Shown here piece by piece: positions 18,005-27,497 of a DNA stretch of 64,000 nt. The stretch comes from an uncultured bacterium (GTDB taxonomy: Bacteria > UBP4 > UBA4092). The translations under genes and the position numbers were made by a program. The stretch spans positions 118,869 through 182,868 of the forward strand of contig CAZXWN010000001.1 in assembly GCA_964644695.1 (NCBI GenBank). The letters are read 5' to 3'. How positions within the stretch are numbered: position 1 is the first letter of the stretch; the number at the start of each line of letters is the position of its first letter. The notes beneath the pieces were generated by a model that was given only the letters and a program-made list of their open reading frames with translations, was not told the origin of the DNA and made no database searches.

Positions 18005-19864
18005 ATGAAAGCTAAAAACATATTTGATCAATTTGATAAGTCCCCTCTATCGTTTATTCGAATAAGCATTCGAACTAAATTATTACTATCATTGATATTT
18101 TTACTCGTTGCGTCGTTATTGGCCATCGCATACTTTTCCATGCGAATTGTCGAAGATCAGTTTTATAAAATGAGTCAGGACCGAGTGGAAGGCGCTCTGC
18201 GTGCAATCAGCACTGAATTGGATTTGCGGCATAAGGATGTTGTCCAAAAGTTGGGACAGACAGCAAAAATTGTTGATTTAAAAAGAAAAATATTACTTAG
18301 GACGGATGATGGTTCACCTGACTATGCTGGATTAGCCCTTCAATTAAACGATATCAAAGAATCAACAGGACTTGATTTGTTGGAGTTGTGTGATAAAGAC
18401 GGAATATTGTTGGCATCAGGGCATGAGCCTGGTAGAGCAGGAGAAGATCGTACGAAAGATCCATTATTCATTTCTGCCATAAGTGGTGTAACAGTTGTTA
18501 ACATCGTAAGACAGCAAATGTTATCTGAAAACTTCCTGGCCATTAAATCCGCAGTGCCTATTGAACAAAGAGGTGAGGTCATTGGTGTTTTGATGGGTGG
18601 ATATGTTTTGAATCGTGAGTATCTAAAAAGACTTCATCGTCTCAGCGCTGCTGAAGTTATATTGCTGCGTCCTGAGGCGGCTTCCATGAGTTCAATTCAG
18701 ACTCCAAGTGGGGATGATGATGCTGGTTTATATATAGAGCCCGATTTTATCAAGCGATCCTTATCCACCAAAGATATAAAGATATCATCATTTCGATTGA
18801 AAGGTGATTATTATATAGCCGGCGTACATAAACTCAAAGGATCTAATAAAGTTCTTGGTTCGATGGTGGTACTAGTGTCTAACCAGGTGATTGAACAGAC
18901 GGTAAGAGAATTAAATCATGGTTTTATTACAGTCACTGCAGTAGCTTTATTACTTGCTGTTTTGATTGGTTATTTAACTGCCCGCAGGATTACACGACCC
19001 GTTCAAGCACTTGTAGATGGAGCTGTGGCTATTGCACAAGGTAACTACGAACAGGAGATACCTGTTAAAGGTAAAGATGAAATAGCTACCTTGATTAAGG
19101 CTTTTAATTACATGGCTCATGAGTTGAAAGATAACCGGGAAAAGCTAGTTACAGCAATAAAAATGGCTGAATGGCGGGAAGTGGCGCGCCGCATTGCCCA
19201 TGAAATCAAAAATCCATTAACTCCAATTGCTCTGTCAATTGAAAATCTCAGGCGATCGTACCGAGATAAAGATGATGATTTGGAAGAAACTTTTAATGAG
19301 TCGACGAAGACCATTCTTGAAGAAGTCCATAATCTGCAAAAGATTGTAGATGAATTTTCTGCCTTTGCCCGTATGCCAAAATTAAGGAAAGAGTGGATGG
19401 ATCTTCAGGAGTTACTTGATAGCATGGTTTTTCTTTATGAGAACATGCAGGATAACGTAAAAATAAAAATTGAATATTTGAGTAAAATCCCACCTCTCTA
19501 TGCAGATTGTGAACAGTTGCGAAGAGCTTTCTCCAATTTAGTAAGGAATGCCATTGATGCCATGCCAGATGGGGGGGATTTGATAATTCAAGCTGTTGAG
19601 GAAGATAAAAATCCTCCTTCACATTATATACAGCTTGAGTTTATTGATAATGGAATAGGAATTTCAGAAGAAAATCTGAAAAAAATGTTTATTCCTTATT
19701 ACTCTACCAAACAAAAGGGAACAGGATTAGGGCTTTCTATCGTTGAGAAAATCATCAACGAGCATGGTGGTAACATCAAAGTCGAATCAACCTTAGGTAA
19801 AGGAACAAAATTCACAGTTCGATTACCTCTGTTGCAGCCAGAAGCTACCGATGAAACCAGTTAA
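18005..19864 (+). CDS. Sensor histidine kinase (two TM helices, large periplasmic domain, HAMP, HisKA, HATPase_c)
   Basis: H-box HEIKNPLTPI, N/G boxes (NAIDAM, DNGIGI, GTGLGLSI). 619 aa. Confidence 0.75.
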   Translation: MKAKNIFDQFDKSPLSFIRISIRTKLLLSLIFLLVASLLAIAYFSMRIVEDQFYKMSQDRVEGALRAISTELDLRHKDVVQKLGQTAKIVDLKRKILLRTDDGSPDYAGLALQLNDIKESTGLDLLELCDKDGILLASGHEPGRAGEDRTKDPLFISAISGVTVVNIVRQQMLSENFLAIKSAVPIEQRGEVIGVLMGGYVLNREYLKRLHRLSAAEVILLRPEAASMSSIQTPSGDDDAGLYIEPDFIKRSLSTKDIKISSFRLKGDYYIAGVHKLKGSNKVLGSMVVLVSNQVIEQTVRELNHGFITVTAVALLLAVLIGYLTARRITRPVQALVDGAVAIAQGNYEQEIPVKGKDEIATLIKAFNYMAHELKDNREKLVTAIKMAEWREVARRIAHEIKNPLTPIALSIENLRRSYRDKDDDLEETFNESTKTILEEVHNLQKIVDEFSAFARMPKLRKEWMDLQELLDSMVFLYENMQDNVKIKIEYLSKIPPLYADCEQLRRAFSNLVRNAIDAMPDGGDLIIQAVEEDKNPPSHYIQLEFIDNGIGISEENLKKMFIPYYSTKQKGTGLGLSIVEKIINEHGGNIKVESTLGKGTKFTVRLPLLQPEATDETS

Positions 19865-19865
19865 A

Positions 19866-21758
19866 TTAATTGCGTAGCTGATTAGCTTTAAGAGCTTCCT
19901 GGTCAGCTTTCCAATTATCTCCAACTGAGTGGTAAAAGTTGGAGAGTAATTGATGATATTCTGGTTTAGTTGGATATAGATCACAAGCTGCTTTGTAATT
20001 GGTTTCGGCTTGGAGTAGATTTCCTGATAACTCATAAGCCTTGGCTAAATCAGCTCTTAAAAAAGCCGTCTTAGGATTCAGTTCTACGGATTTTTTTAGA
20101 ATCGGAATCCCTTGTGCAAAATCGCCTAAACTGACCAAAGTATTCCCTAAATGTTGTTGGTATTCAGATTGATTAGGCATATTCTTTACTGCTTTTTGAA
20201 ACGAATCAATAGAGCTTCTAATTTCACCAGTACTGAGTCTGTTTTGTCCTTGCATGAAATACACTTGAGCTTTGAAATTGGGTAATACCCAACCTAAAAG
20301 ATAAATGGCCATAATCAAAATCAGAGAGGGTGTAATAATTAAAAACCAGGTGTTAGGTTGCCGTCTCCATACAATATCCCATGGTCCCGGTTCAGGCACA
20401 AACTCAGCCTGACAGGCTGAATATAATCCACCCAAAACAATGCAGCCAATCCAGAATAAATCCTTCCAATAAAAACCAAACCCCACGAATGAGTCTGTAA
20501 AAAAGGCGGCTGTGGCTGCGTAAAAAATAACGAATTGAAGTTGGACATCAGGTCTGGTTAATTTGCGCCATCTCAAGAGTGGCCAGATCAAGACGGTTAA
20601 AAATAATACTGAGAATCCAATGCATTGGAATATGCCACCTTCCACCCATGTCTGGATAAAGGTGTTGTGAGCATATCTGGTTTCACCTACACCGACTGGT
20701 TTATATTGTCCATATATAGTACCGAAATTTCCTAAACCCGCTCCTAATATGGGACGGTCTTTAATCATGTCCATTGACATGGACCAGTAATTAATACGTT
20801 CTTGTGTTGTAGACTGACCGGATTTGATACGATTTGTGATTGACTCATTTTTTTGTGGGGCGGGGGATTGATATTGACAAACAATAAATATAACTAATAT
20901 TCCCAAAAGACTGGTTGTGAACCACACCTTCATCTGGAGTAATTTCTTCTTGTCTATAAGAATTGCAAAGATAACTAATGCGATGATTGTCGCCAGAATT
21001 CCACCTCTGGATGCACTCAGTAACAAGCTGGTTCCCATCAGAGCTATGGACAGAGTCGTGAGAATCTTTTTTTGCAGCGAGCATGTGTCGAATAGATAAC
21101 CCATTGCTAATGGAATACAGATTGCCAATAAGAGGGCAAATAGGTTGGGATTTCCAAATGTTCCTGTAACACGATGGGATTCGAGTGTGAATTGAATCCC
21201 AGACAGAATCCGAGGGCTTAGTTCTGTTTGCACTTGGGGAAGCAGAGCCAATTGTTGATTGAATTGGAAAAGATACTGATAAAGTCCAATGATTGCCTCA
21301 AACGCACCAACCAGAACTAATACTCCAATCAAAGTGAAACGAAATTTTCTCTGAGGATACTCTGTTTCCAATTCATGTTCGTGCAGGGTTTTTAACTGAT
21401 GGTTTGCGGTTAATAAATAGGTGATAAATCCCAATAATAGAATATTCCATGATTGGAAACTGTTGTATCGATAGACTGAGCTTAGTAAGCCAAAAGAAGA
21501 TAAAACAAGAAATGCACTGAATGCCAGGGTGATTGGATTATATCTTTGAATTTTCCATTGGAATCCTTTTCTTCTGACTGTTTGATACAGAAGAAGCATC
21601 ATCAGGCAACAGGGTATTACAAAAGTTAATGTGGGCGTGATATCAAAGGGTACTAAAGCGATTAATCGGGGATAGATAGCAATGATGCTAAGTAATAATA
21701 GGCTGACATGAAATAATTCATTCATTGGACATAGTTTCCTTATCAGATGATAATTCAC
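19866..21758 (-). CDS. Polytopic membrane protein with an O-antigen ligase (Wzy_C)-like domain and C-terminal TPR repeats
   Basis: About 10 TM helices and an SRGG motif typical of O-antigen polymerase/ligase. The C-terminal 180 aa are TPR-like. The true start is probably Met-12 (about 21725), reducing the overlap with scpB. Confidence 0.55.
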   Translation of the reverse strand: MNYHLIRKLCPMNELFHVSLLLLSIIAIYPRLIALVPFDITPTLTFVIPCCLMMLLLYQTVRRKGFQWKIQRYNPITLAFSAFLVLSSFGLLSSVYRYNSFQSWNILLLGFITYLLTANHQLKTLHEHELETEYPQRKFRFTLIGVLVLVGAFEAIIGLYQYLFQFNQQLALLPQVQTELSPRILSGIQFTLESHRVTGTFGNPNLFALLLAICIPLAMGYLFDTCSLQKKILTTLSIALMGTSLLLSASRGGILATIIALVIFAILIDKKKLLQMKVWFTTSLLGILVIFIVCQYQSPAPQKNESITNRIKSGQSTTQERINYWSMSMDMIKDRPILGAGLGNFGTIYGQYKPVGVGETRYAHNTFIQTWVEGGIFQCIGFSVLFLTVLIWPLLRWRKLTRPDVQLQFVIFYAATAAFFTDSFVGFGFYWKDLFWIGCIVLGGLYSACQAEFVPEPGPWDIVWRRQPNTWFLIITPSLILIMAIYLLGWVLPNFKAQVYFMQGQNRLSTGEIRSSIDSFQKAVKNMPNQSEYQQHLGNTLVSLGDFAQGIPILKKSVELNPKTAFLRADLAKAYELSGNLLQAETNYKAACDLYPTKPEYHQLLSNFYHSVGDNWKADQEALKANQLRN

Positions 21759-22533
21759 TGTCTATTTCAGGTTTGGATTGTTCATTAATGTCAGTTTCTG
21801 ATTCAATTTTATCTTGATTATCAATCATGTCGGAATCCGCGGTGATGTTTGTTTCAGAAGCAGAATCTATCTTATCCTCACTGGACTCTATTGCATCATT
21901 GACATTATTTTCAGATTCAACAGGGTGAATAGTGCTTGGAATAGTCTTCAGTGCTTCCATGTCAATGATATCCAAATCCTCAGTCCCTGAATTCTCCGAT
22001 TCATCATCCATTAATTCGTCAATTGTGGGTAAGTCATTTAGATTTTTTAATCCAAACTGGTCCAGAAATTCTGTTGTTGTTCCATAGAGCAGGGGACGTC
22101 CTAATACATCTTTTCGCCCTACGACTTTGATAAGTCGGCGTTCCATCAAGGTTTGCAGGACCGCTCCACTATCAACACCTCTGATGGCTTCAATTTCTGC
22201 TCGAAGCAGAGGTTGTTTATAAGCGACGACAGCCAAAGTTTCAATGGCTGCTTTCGTAAGTTTTAAGTTTTGCTTGGCAATAACAAGTTTCTGGATATAA
22301 GGTGCAAACTGAGGTTTTGACGTGAGACGGTATCCATGCGCTATTTCAATCAACTGAATACCTCGTCCAGAATTATCAAGATCGTCCTGCAGTTCTCGTA
22401 ACCATTGTTTGAGGACTTTATCCTCCAAATTACTGTCAATTATGTCTTTAATTTGTTTTAAAGTTAAAGGATCTCCACTGATGAACAGAAGAGATTCAAT
22501 AATTGGTTTAACTTGTTCTGATGTCAGTTCCAT
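21718..22533 (-). CDS. scpB: Segregation and condensation protein B with a long acidic Ser/Asp/Glu-rich C-terminal tail
   Basis: N-terminal IIESLLFISGDPLTLKQI and tandem winged-helix ScpB domains. About 95 extra low-complexity acidic residues at the C-terminus. Confidence 0.8.
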   Translation of the reverse strand: MELTSEQVKPIIESLLFISGDPLTLKQIKDIIDSNLEDKVLKQWLRELQDDLDNSGRGIQLIEIAHGYRLTSKPQFAPYIQKLVIAKQNLKLTKAAIETLAVVAYKQPLLRAEIEAIRGVDSGAVLQTLMERRLIKVVGRKDVLGRPLLYGTTTEFLDQFGLKNLNDLPTIDELMDDESENSGTEDLDIIDMEALKTIPSTIHPVESENNVNDAIESSEDKIDSASETNITADSDMIDNQDKIESETDINEQSKPEIDSELSSDKETMSNE

Positions 22534-22649
22534 AATGTCATTTCTCTATTTTCGATGCTGAAGGCTAGGGTAAAGTCTAAATTCTAGCAAGGAACACTCA
22601 CCCTGACAAATCGAATAATGATTGAAAAGGTTAATGTTACAATCTTTAT

Positions 22650-23846
22650 ATGCAATGGATTGCCGATTTACACCTACATTCCCGATTTTCAATGGCTACG
22701 AGTCGGGATTTAAATATTCCGAATATTGCCAGAGGATGTCATCGAAAAGGGATAAATCTGGTCGGGACAGGAGATTTAACTCATCCTGTATGGCTTGATG
22801 AAATTGAAGCGGTTCTGGAACCGGCTGGGCCCGGTATCTACCAATATCAGGGTATTCATTTCATTTTATCCGGTGAAGTAAGCCAGGTTTACAGACAAAA
22901 TGGGAAGGCACGACGAATCCACAATCTTATATATGTGCCGGATTTTAAAACGGCCAGAGAATTAAACCGTCAACTGGATAAATATGGGAAGCTTGCCTCG
23001 GATGGGCGGCCAACACTTTCACTGGATGGTATGTCGCTTGTAAAACTCTGTAAATCCATAAACCCTGATATTGAGATTGTACCTGCCCATATTTGGACAC
23101 CCTGGTATGCTTTATTTGGTTCAAAATCAGGATTTAATTCATTCGAAGAGTGCTTTGGTGATCAGGAAGAACATATTCATGCTGTTGAGACAGGATTATC
23201 CAGTGATCCTGAAATGAATTGGCGTTGGTCAAAACTGGATAGAATGACTTTGATATCCAATTCGGATGCTCATTCTCCCTCCAAGTTGGGTAGAGAAGCT
23301 AATTTATTAGAGTCCCCAGTTAATTATCGACAGTTATTTGACACGATATACGGGCGGGGTCCGGGTCAATTTAAAGGGACTATTGAGTTTTATCCTGAAG
23401 AAGGAAAATACCATTGGGATGGTCATCGTGCCTGTGGAATTTGCTTGATGCCCGCTGATGCTGAAAAATTGGGGAATATCTGTCCCGTATGTGGGAAACC
23501 ATTAACTTTGGGAGTGTTACACCGAATCAATGATTTATCTGACCGTGAAGAAGGTTTCCAGCCCAAGAATCGACCGAGTTTTGAACGGTTGATAGACTTA
23601 CACAGTTTGTTGGCTGAAGCCATGAGTAAGCCTGTTGCCAGTAAGGCTGTGCAACAGGAATATGACCGGATGATATTTGAATTTGGATCGGAATTTTACA
23701 TACTCCGGGACTTGCCCGAAAAAGAAATGGACCGAATCTCCATGAAAGTTCGTGAAGGACTGATGCGGATTCGACAGGGAAATATTCAAGTTAAACCTGG
23801 ATTTGATGGCCAGTTTGGTGTTGTATCTATTTGGAATGGTAAATAA
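22650..23846 (+). CDS. PHP-domain protein of the endonuclease Q (TIGR00375) family
   Basis: N-terminal DLHLHSRFSMATS...KGINLVGTGDLTHPVW matches the EndoQ PHP metal-binding N-terminus. A C-terminal Cys4 zinc finger (CGIC...CPVCG) is present. 398 aa. Confidence 0.5.
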   Translation: MQWIADLHLHSRFSMATSRDLNIPNIARGCHRKGINLVGTGDLTHPVWLDEIEAVLEPAGPGIYQYQGIHFILSGEVSQVYRQNGKARRIHNLIYVPDFKTARELNRQLDKYGKLASDGRPTLSLDGMSLVKLCKSINPDIEIVPAHIWTPWYALFGSKSGFNSFEECFGDQEEHIHAVETGLSSDPEMNWRWSKLDRMTLISNSDAHSPSKLGREANLLESPVNYRQLFDTIYGRGPGQFKGTIEFYPEEGKYHWDGHRACGICLMPADAEKLGNICPVCGKPLTLGVLHRINDLSDREEGFQPKNRPSFERLIDLHSLLAEAMSKPVASKAVQQEYDRMIFEFGSEFYILRDLPEKEMDRISMKVREGLMRIRQGNIQVKPGFDGQFGVVSIWNGK

Positions 23847-23850
23847 TCTA

Positions 23851-24615
23851 CTATTGGGGTGGCAGGGCTCTGGTGAAAAATGTTTTCTCTCGTATCACTT
23901 TTCCCTTGTCAGTAAAATACTCGTTATTATAATTAACACCTTGAGTGGATTTTTGACTGCTCCAATATTTGAAGCCGATGACATTGGATTTCCCATCTTT
24001 TAGCCATTCAATAAAAACCGCCGAATGTCCAGACCCAGGTGTTCTCCAAAATTGAACAAAATCACCTGGCTTAACCTCTCTCCAATCATTGATGATATAG
24101 CCAAGCTTGTAAAATTCTAATGCGTCCCCAGGTCCTGGTGATTCTTTATAGGTGCAAAACCACCTGTTCTTAAAATCCGGGAATTTACTGACAGGCAACT
24201 TGGTTAAAGGTGTTTTTACTTGATAGGACGTTTGGGTTGTGTCTGAACTGATAGATTGTGAATCCATTAATTGAGAGTTTTCTGTTGAATGTTGATTCAA
24301 ATACAAATCCGCCGCTCTTATATAGACTTCTAAAGTTAATCCACAACAGAAAGTATTCATCCTGCTGTTTCCATTCATGACGGTAACTCCGTCATAAATG
24401 ATGTCCTTGGAAGATCCATCATAGGGTTCCCGTTTAGAGGGGTCTCTATCCCAGGAATACATAAATCGACCATCTGTGGGATATGATTTTACGATTTGGA
24501 GAATGGCATCATTCATAGTATTTATCCGTTTCGTAGTGATGACATGCGCAGGTTTTGCCAATCCTGATATTATCAGAGACAGTGTTATTAATAATGTAAT
24601 AAGGATATATTTCAT
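23851..24615 (-). CDS. Secreted hypothetical protein (possible Cys/His hydrolase fold)
   Basis: Signal peptide MKYILITLLITLSLIISGLA. 254 aa. A Cys (FCCGLT) and a His (GSGHSAVF) lie in conserved-looking contexts. No confident family. Confidence 0.35.
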   Translation of the reverse strand: MKYILITLLITLSLIISGLAKPAHVITTKRINTMNDAILQIVKSYPTDGRFMYSWDRDPSKREPYDGSSKDIIYDGVTVMNGNSRMNTFCCGLTLEVYIRAADLYLNQHSTENSQLMDSQSISSDTTQTSYQVKTPLTKLPVSKFPDFKNRWFCTYKESPGPGDALEFYKLGYIINDWREVKPGDFVQFWRTPGSGHSAVFIEWLKDGKSNVIGFKYWSSQKSTQGVNYNNEYFTDKGKVIREKTFFTRALPPQ

Positions 24616-24703
24616 GGGTTTAATTTACATCGAATTTGTGTGCATGACAATATTTTCGTTAAATTTTAAAATCCATTTTTCCCGATTATCACATATATCT
24701 GTA

Positions 24704-24747
24704 GTGAATCATCCACGGAGCTGCTCCGACCAACTCCGTGGATGATT
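24704..24747. repeat. Family-2 hairpin repeat, copy A
   Basis: GAATCATCCACGGAG-CTGCTCCGACCAA-CTCCGTGGATGATTC: a perfect 15-bp stem with a 13-nt loop. Related copies are at 51640-51690 and 62190-62237. Confidence 0.6.
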
Positions 24748-24789
24748 CGTTTTAACTTTGTATTTAACTGATTGAAATTATGAATTGTA

Positions 24790-27324
24790 GTGACGGATGA
24801 GTCACTCATTGCTAAAATTAGGTTAAGGTGCGAAAGTATACTTCCTCAAATGATGAATAAAGTCACTGTCCATTATTATCGTTTCGATGGCGATTATGCC
24901 GGCTGGAATATCTGGAGCTGGGATGGTCATAGTCATTCCTATTCCCATGAATTGAATCCTATCGGACAAGATTCAGAAGGTTTAATATTCCAGTTTTATC
25001 CACATGAATATGGGTTGGGCGACTGGGTTGGTTTATTACCGCGGAAGGGGCAATGGGAAATAAAAGACGACCCTGACCGTTATTGGAAACCTGAATGGGG
25101 GGATGATATCTGGTTGATAGAAAGTCGTCCGGATATTATGAAAACACCTCCAGAAACCACCCCTTCTTTACGATTGGCTTATTTGGATGACGCTCTGACC
25201 GTCAGAGTATTGTTGTGGAATTCAATACATAAAAACCAATTAACGCCTTTTGTTTTTTCTCTATTGGATGAACATGGGAAAAGGTACTCTCTCCATTCAG
25301 CAAATCTCTGGCCTGAAGATTCCATAACCTCCAGAACTGTATTACTAAGATTGGAACATCCATTAGGCCCCCAGGACATTTTAGAGAAAAAATATAAAGT
25401 TGAACGGTTGGGGTACAAATCTGTTGCCCTGATTCCGGGCCATATTTTAGACCATCCCCCATTTATTTCTAACCAACCTTTGGGAGCTTTATACTCACCC
25501 AACAATACAATATTCAGGATATTTCTTCCTACCGCCGAAAGCGTTACCCTCTGTCTCTATCAACAACCAGTGGGTGGGAAATCCCGTGATATTCCTCTTC
25601 AGAGAAACAATGATGGCACATGGCAGGAAACTGTCATCGGGGATTGTAAAAATAAGTTTTATACATACAGGGTAAAAGGTTTTGATCCTCGATTTAATCC
25701 CCAGTTAGAACTGATAGACCCTTATGCTCACTGCACTACAGCCCATGATGGTCGCGCTATTATTGTTGATGATCGTACTGTTATAGCTGAACGGCCCAAA
25801 TTTGATATATCGCAAGCTGTAATCTATGAATTACACATCAGGGATTATACGATTGATCCTCGTTCAGGCATAAAACATAAGGGTAAATATCTGGGAGTAG
25901 CAGAATTTGGTACCATGGCTCAGGGGTTGGTGGGAGTTTCAACCGGAATAGATCATCTAATTGATTTGGGAGTAAATACTGTACAGTTAATGCCATTTCA
26001 GGAATTTGAAAATGATGACAATAAAGATGATTATAATTGGGGTTATATGCCGGTTCATTATAATTCCCCAGAGGGTTGGTATTCACTGGAACCTCATTCA
26101 TCCCGTCGAGTTTCTGAAGTCAAAACTTTGATTGATGCTCTCCACAAACGAGGCATCAAGGTCATTATGGATGTTGTATATAACCATACTGCCGAAAATG
26201 AAACCAGTCGGATCTTTTCTTTTAATGGATTAGTACCTGGCTATTACTACCGAATCCGAGAAGATGGTTCTTACTGGAATGGTTCGGGCTGTGGGAATGA
26301 ATTCCGGACAGAAGCTCCCATGGTTCGGAGGTTTATTTTGGATTCATTGAAGTATTGGGCAACAGAGTATAAGGTGGATGGTTTTCGATTTGATTTAATG
26401 GGATTAATTGACCAGGAAACAATAGATATGATTATCCATGAATTGAAAATGATTGAGCCTGATATTTTTATTTATGGTGAACCCTGGGCGGCGGGAAGTT
26501 CTGCTATCTCTGTAACAGTAAAAGGAAGTCAGAAATCAAAGGGTTATTCAGTATTTAATGACCATTATCGAAATGCTCTTAAGGGAAATCCTTTCGGATG
26601 GGAGGCTGGTTATATTATTGATGGAGCCCATCGGGATGCTGTAAAGCAGGGGATTATGGGGGGAGTATTTGATTTTACTGAGCATCCGGTTGAATCCATT
26701 AATTATGTTGAATGTCATGACAATCAGACATTGTGGGACCGTATTAATTGGGTTACTCGTGATGACAACCGTATCCATTATGAAGATAGAGTTCTCATGG
26801 ACAAGCTGGCGGCGGTCCTCATAATGGTCTCTCAAGGAGTTCCCTTTATTCAGGCTGGGCAAGAGTTTTTACGTACTAAGGGTGGGGTTGGAAACTCCTA
26901 TAATCATCCTGATTCTGTGAATATGATTCGCTGGCAGGATAAACTGCGTTTTAATGAAATATATCGATATTACAGAGGATTGATTCACTTACGAAAAGCC
27001 CACCCAATGTTTCGCTTAAAAACTCGTGATGAAGTGTTGAACCAACTCCATTTTTTGGATGATCATTATCATCTGGAAATTTCTGTCCCATGTATTGGAT
27101 TTCACCTTATACGTGGTAATACTGGTGACCCCTGGAAGGAAATTATTGTCTACATTAATCCAGACCAAAACCGTCATTCCGTACCGCTTTTACCAGGACA
27201 ATGGAAGATTTGTGTTAATTCCAAAGAAGCTGTTAATGGCTTGGTTCATCATGGGCATTCAATCATTCATTCCTCTTCGTTTGAAATTCCCCCTCGTTCC
27301 GCAATAATCGCCTTTAAAGACTGA
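24790..27324 (+). CDS. pulA: Type I pullulanase (GH13 family, with N-terminal CBM41/CBM48-like modules)
   Basis: GH13 conserved regions (DVVYNH, GFRFDLMG, YGEPW, VECHDNQTL) and the pullulanase YNWGY motif. 844 aa. The start is uncertain: GTG 24790 or ATG 24850. No clear signal peptide. Confidence 0.8.
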   Translation: MTDESLIAKIRLRCESILPQMMNKVTVHYYRFDGDYAGWNIWSWDGHSHSYSHELNPIGQDSEGLIFQFYPHEYGLGDWVGLLPRKGQWEIKDDPDRYWKPEWGDDIWLIESRPDIMKTPPETTPSLRLAYLDDALTVRVLLWNSIHKNQLTPFVFSLLDEHGKRYSLHSANLWPEDSITSRTVLLRLEHPLGPQDILEKKYKVERLGYKSVALIPGHILDHPPFISNQPLGALYSPNNTIFRIFLPTAESVTLCLYQQPVGGKSRDIPLQRNNDGTWQETVIGDCKNKFYTYRVKGFDPRFNPQLELIDPYAHCTTAHDGRAIIVDDRTVIAERPKFDISQAVIYELHIRDYTIDPRSGIKHKGKYLGVAEFGTMAQGLVGVSTGIDHLIDLGVNTVQLMPFQEFENDDNKDDYNWGYMPVHYNSPEGWYSLEPHSSRRVSEVKTLIDALHKRGIKVIMDVVYNHTAENETSRIFSFNGLVPGYYYRIREDGSYWNGSGCGNEFRTEAPMVRRFILDSLKYWATEYKVDGFRFDLMGLIDQETIDMIIHELKMIEPDIFIYGEPWAAGSSAISVTVKGSQKSKGYSVFNDHYRNALKGNPFGWEAGYIIDGAHRDAVKQGIMGGVFDFTEHPVESINYVECHDNQTLWDRINWVTRDDNRIHYEDRVLMDKLAAVLIMVSQGVPFIQAGQEFLRTKGGVGNSYNHPDSVNMIRWQDKLRFNEIYRYYRGLIHLRKAHPMFRLKTRDEVLNQLHFLDDHYHLEISVPCIGFHLIRGNTGDPWKEIIVYINPDQNRHSVPLLPGQWKICVNSKEAVNGLVHHGHSIIHSSSFEIPPRSAIIAFKD

Positions 27325-27371
27325 TTTAATAGCCTCACCATCAATTAATTGGCTTGTGCCAAACTTTAGTG

Positions 27372-27400
27372 TTGTCATAGTTGTAGGCATGTCTTATAAT
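27372..27400 (+). promoter_or_regulatory. Sigma-70-type promoter upstream of the secreted-protein cluster
   Basis: TTGTCA, a 17-nt spacer, then TATAAT. Confidence 0.5.
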
Positions 27401-27497
27401 TAATCGATTTGTTACATAATTGTAGCCCTATTGGTTTTTATATTGTTTTAAACTATTTGTGGAATTTTGCTTATAAAAGTGAAGGGGAGGTGATTTT

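Noticed and set aside
22534-22649. Possible promoter for the EndoQ-like gene (TTGAAA ... TACAAT)
   Set aside because: The spacing between the candidate -35 and -10 is only about 10 nt, and the alternative hexamers do not give a convincing 16-18 nt spacer.
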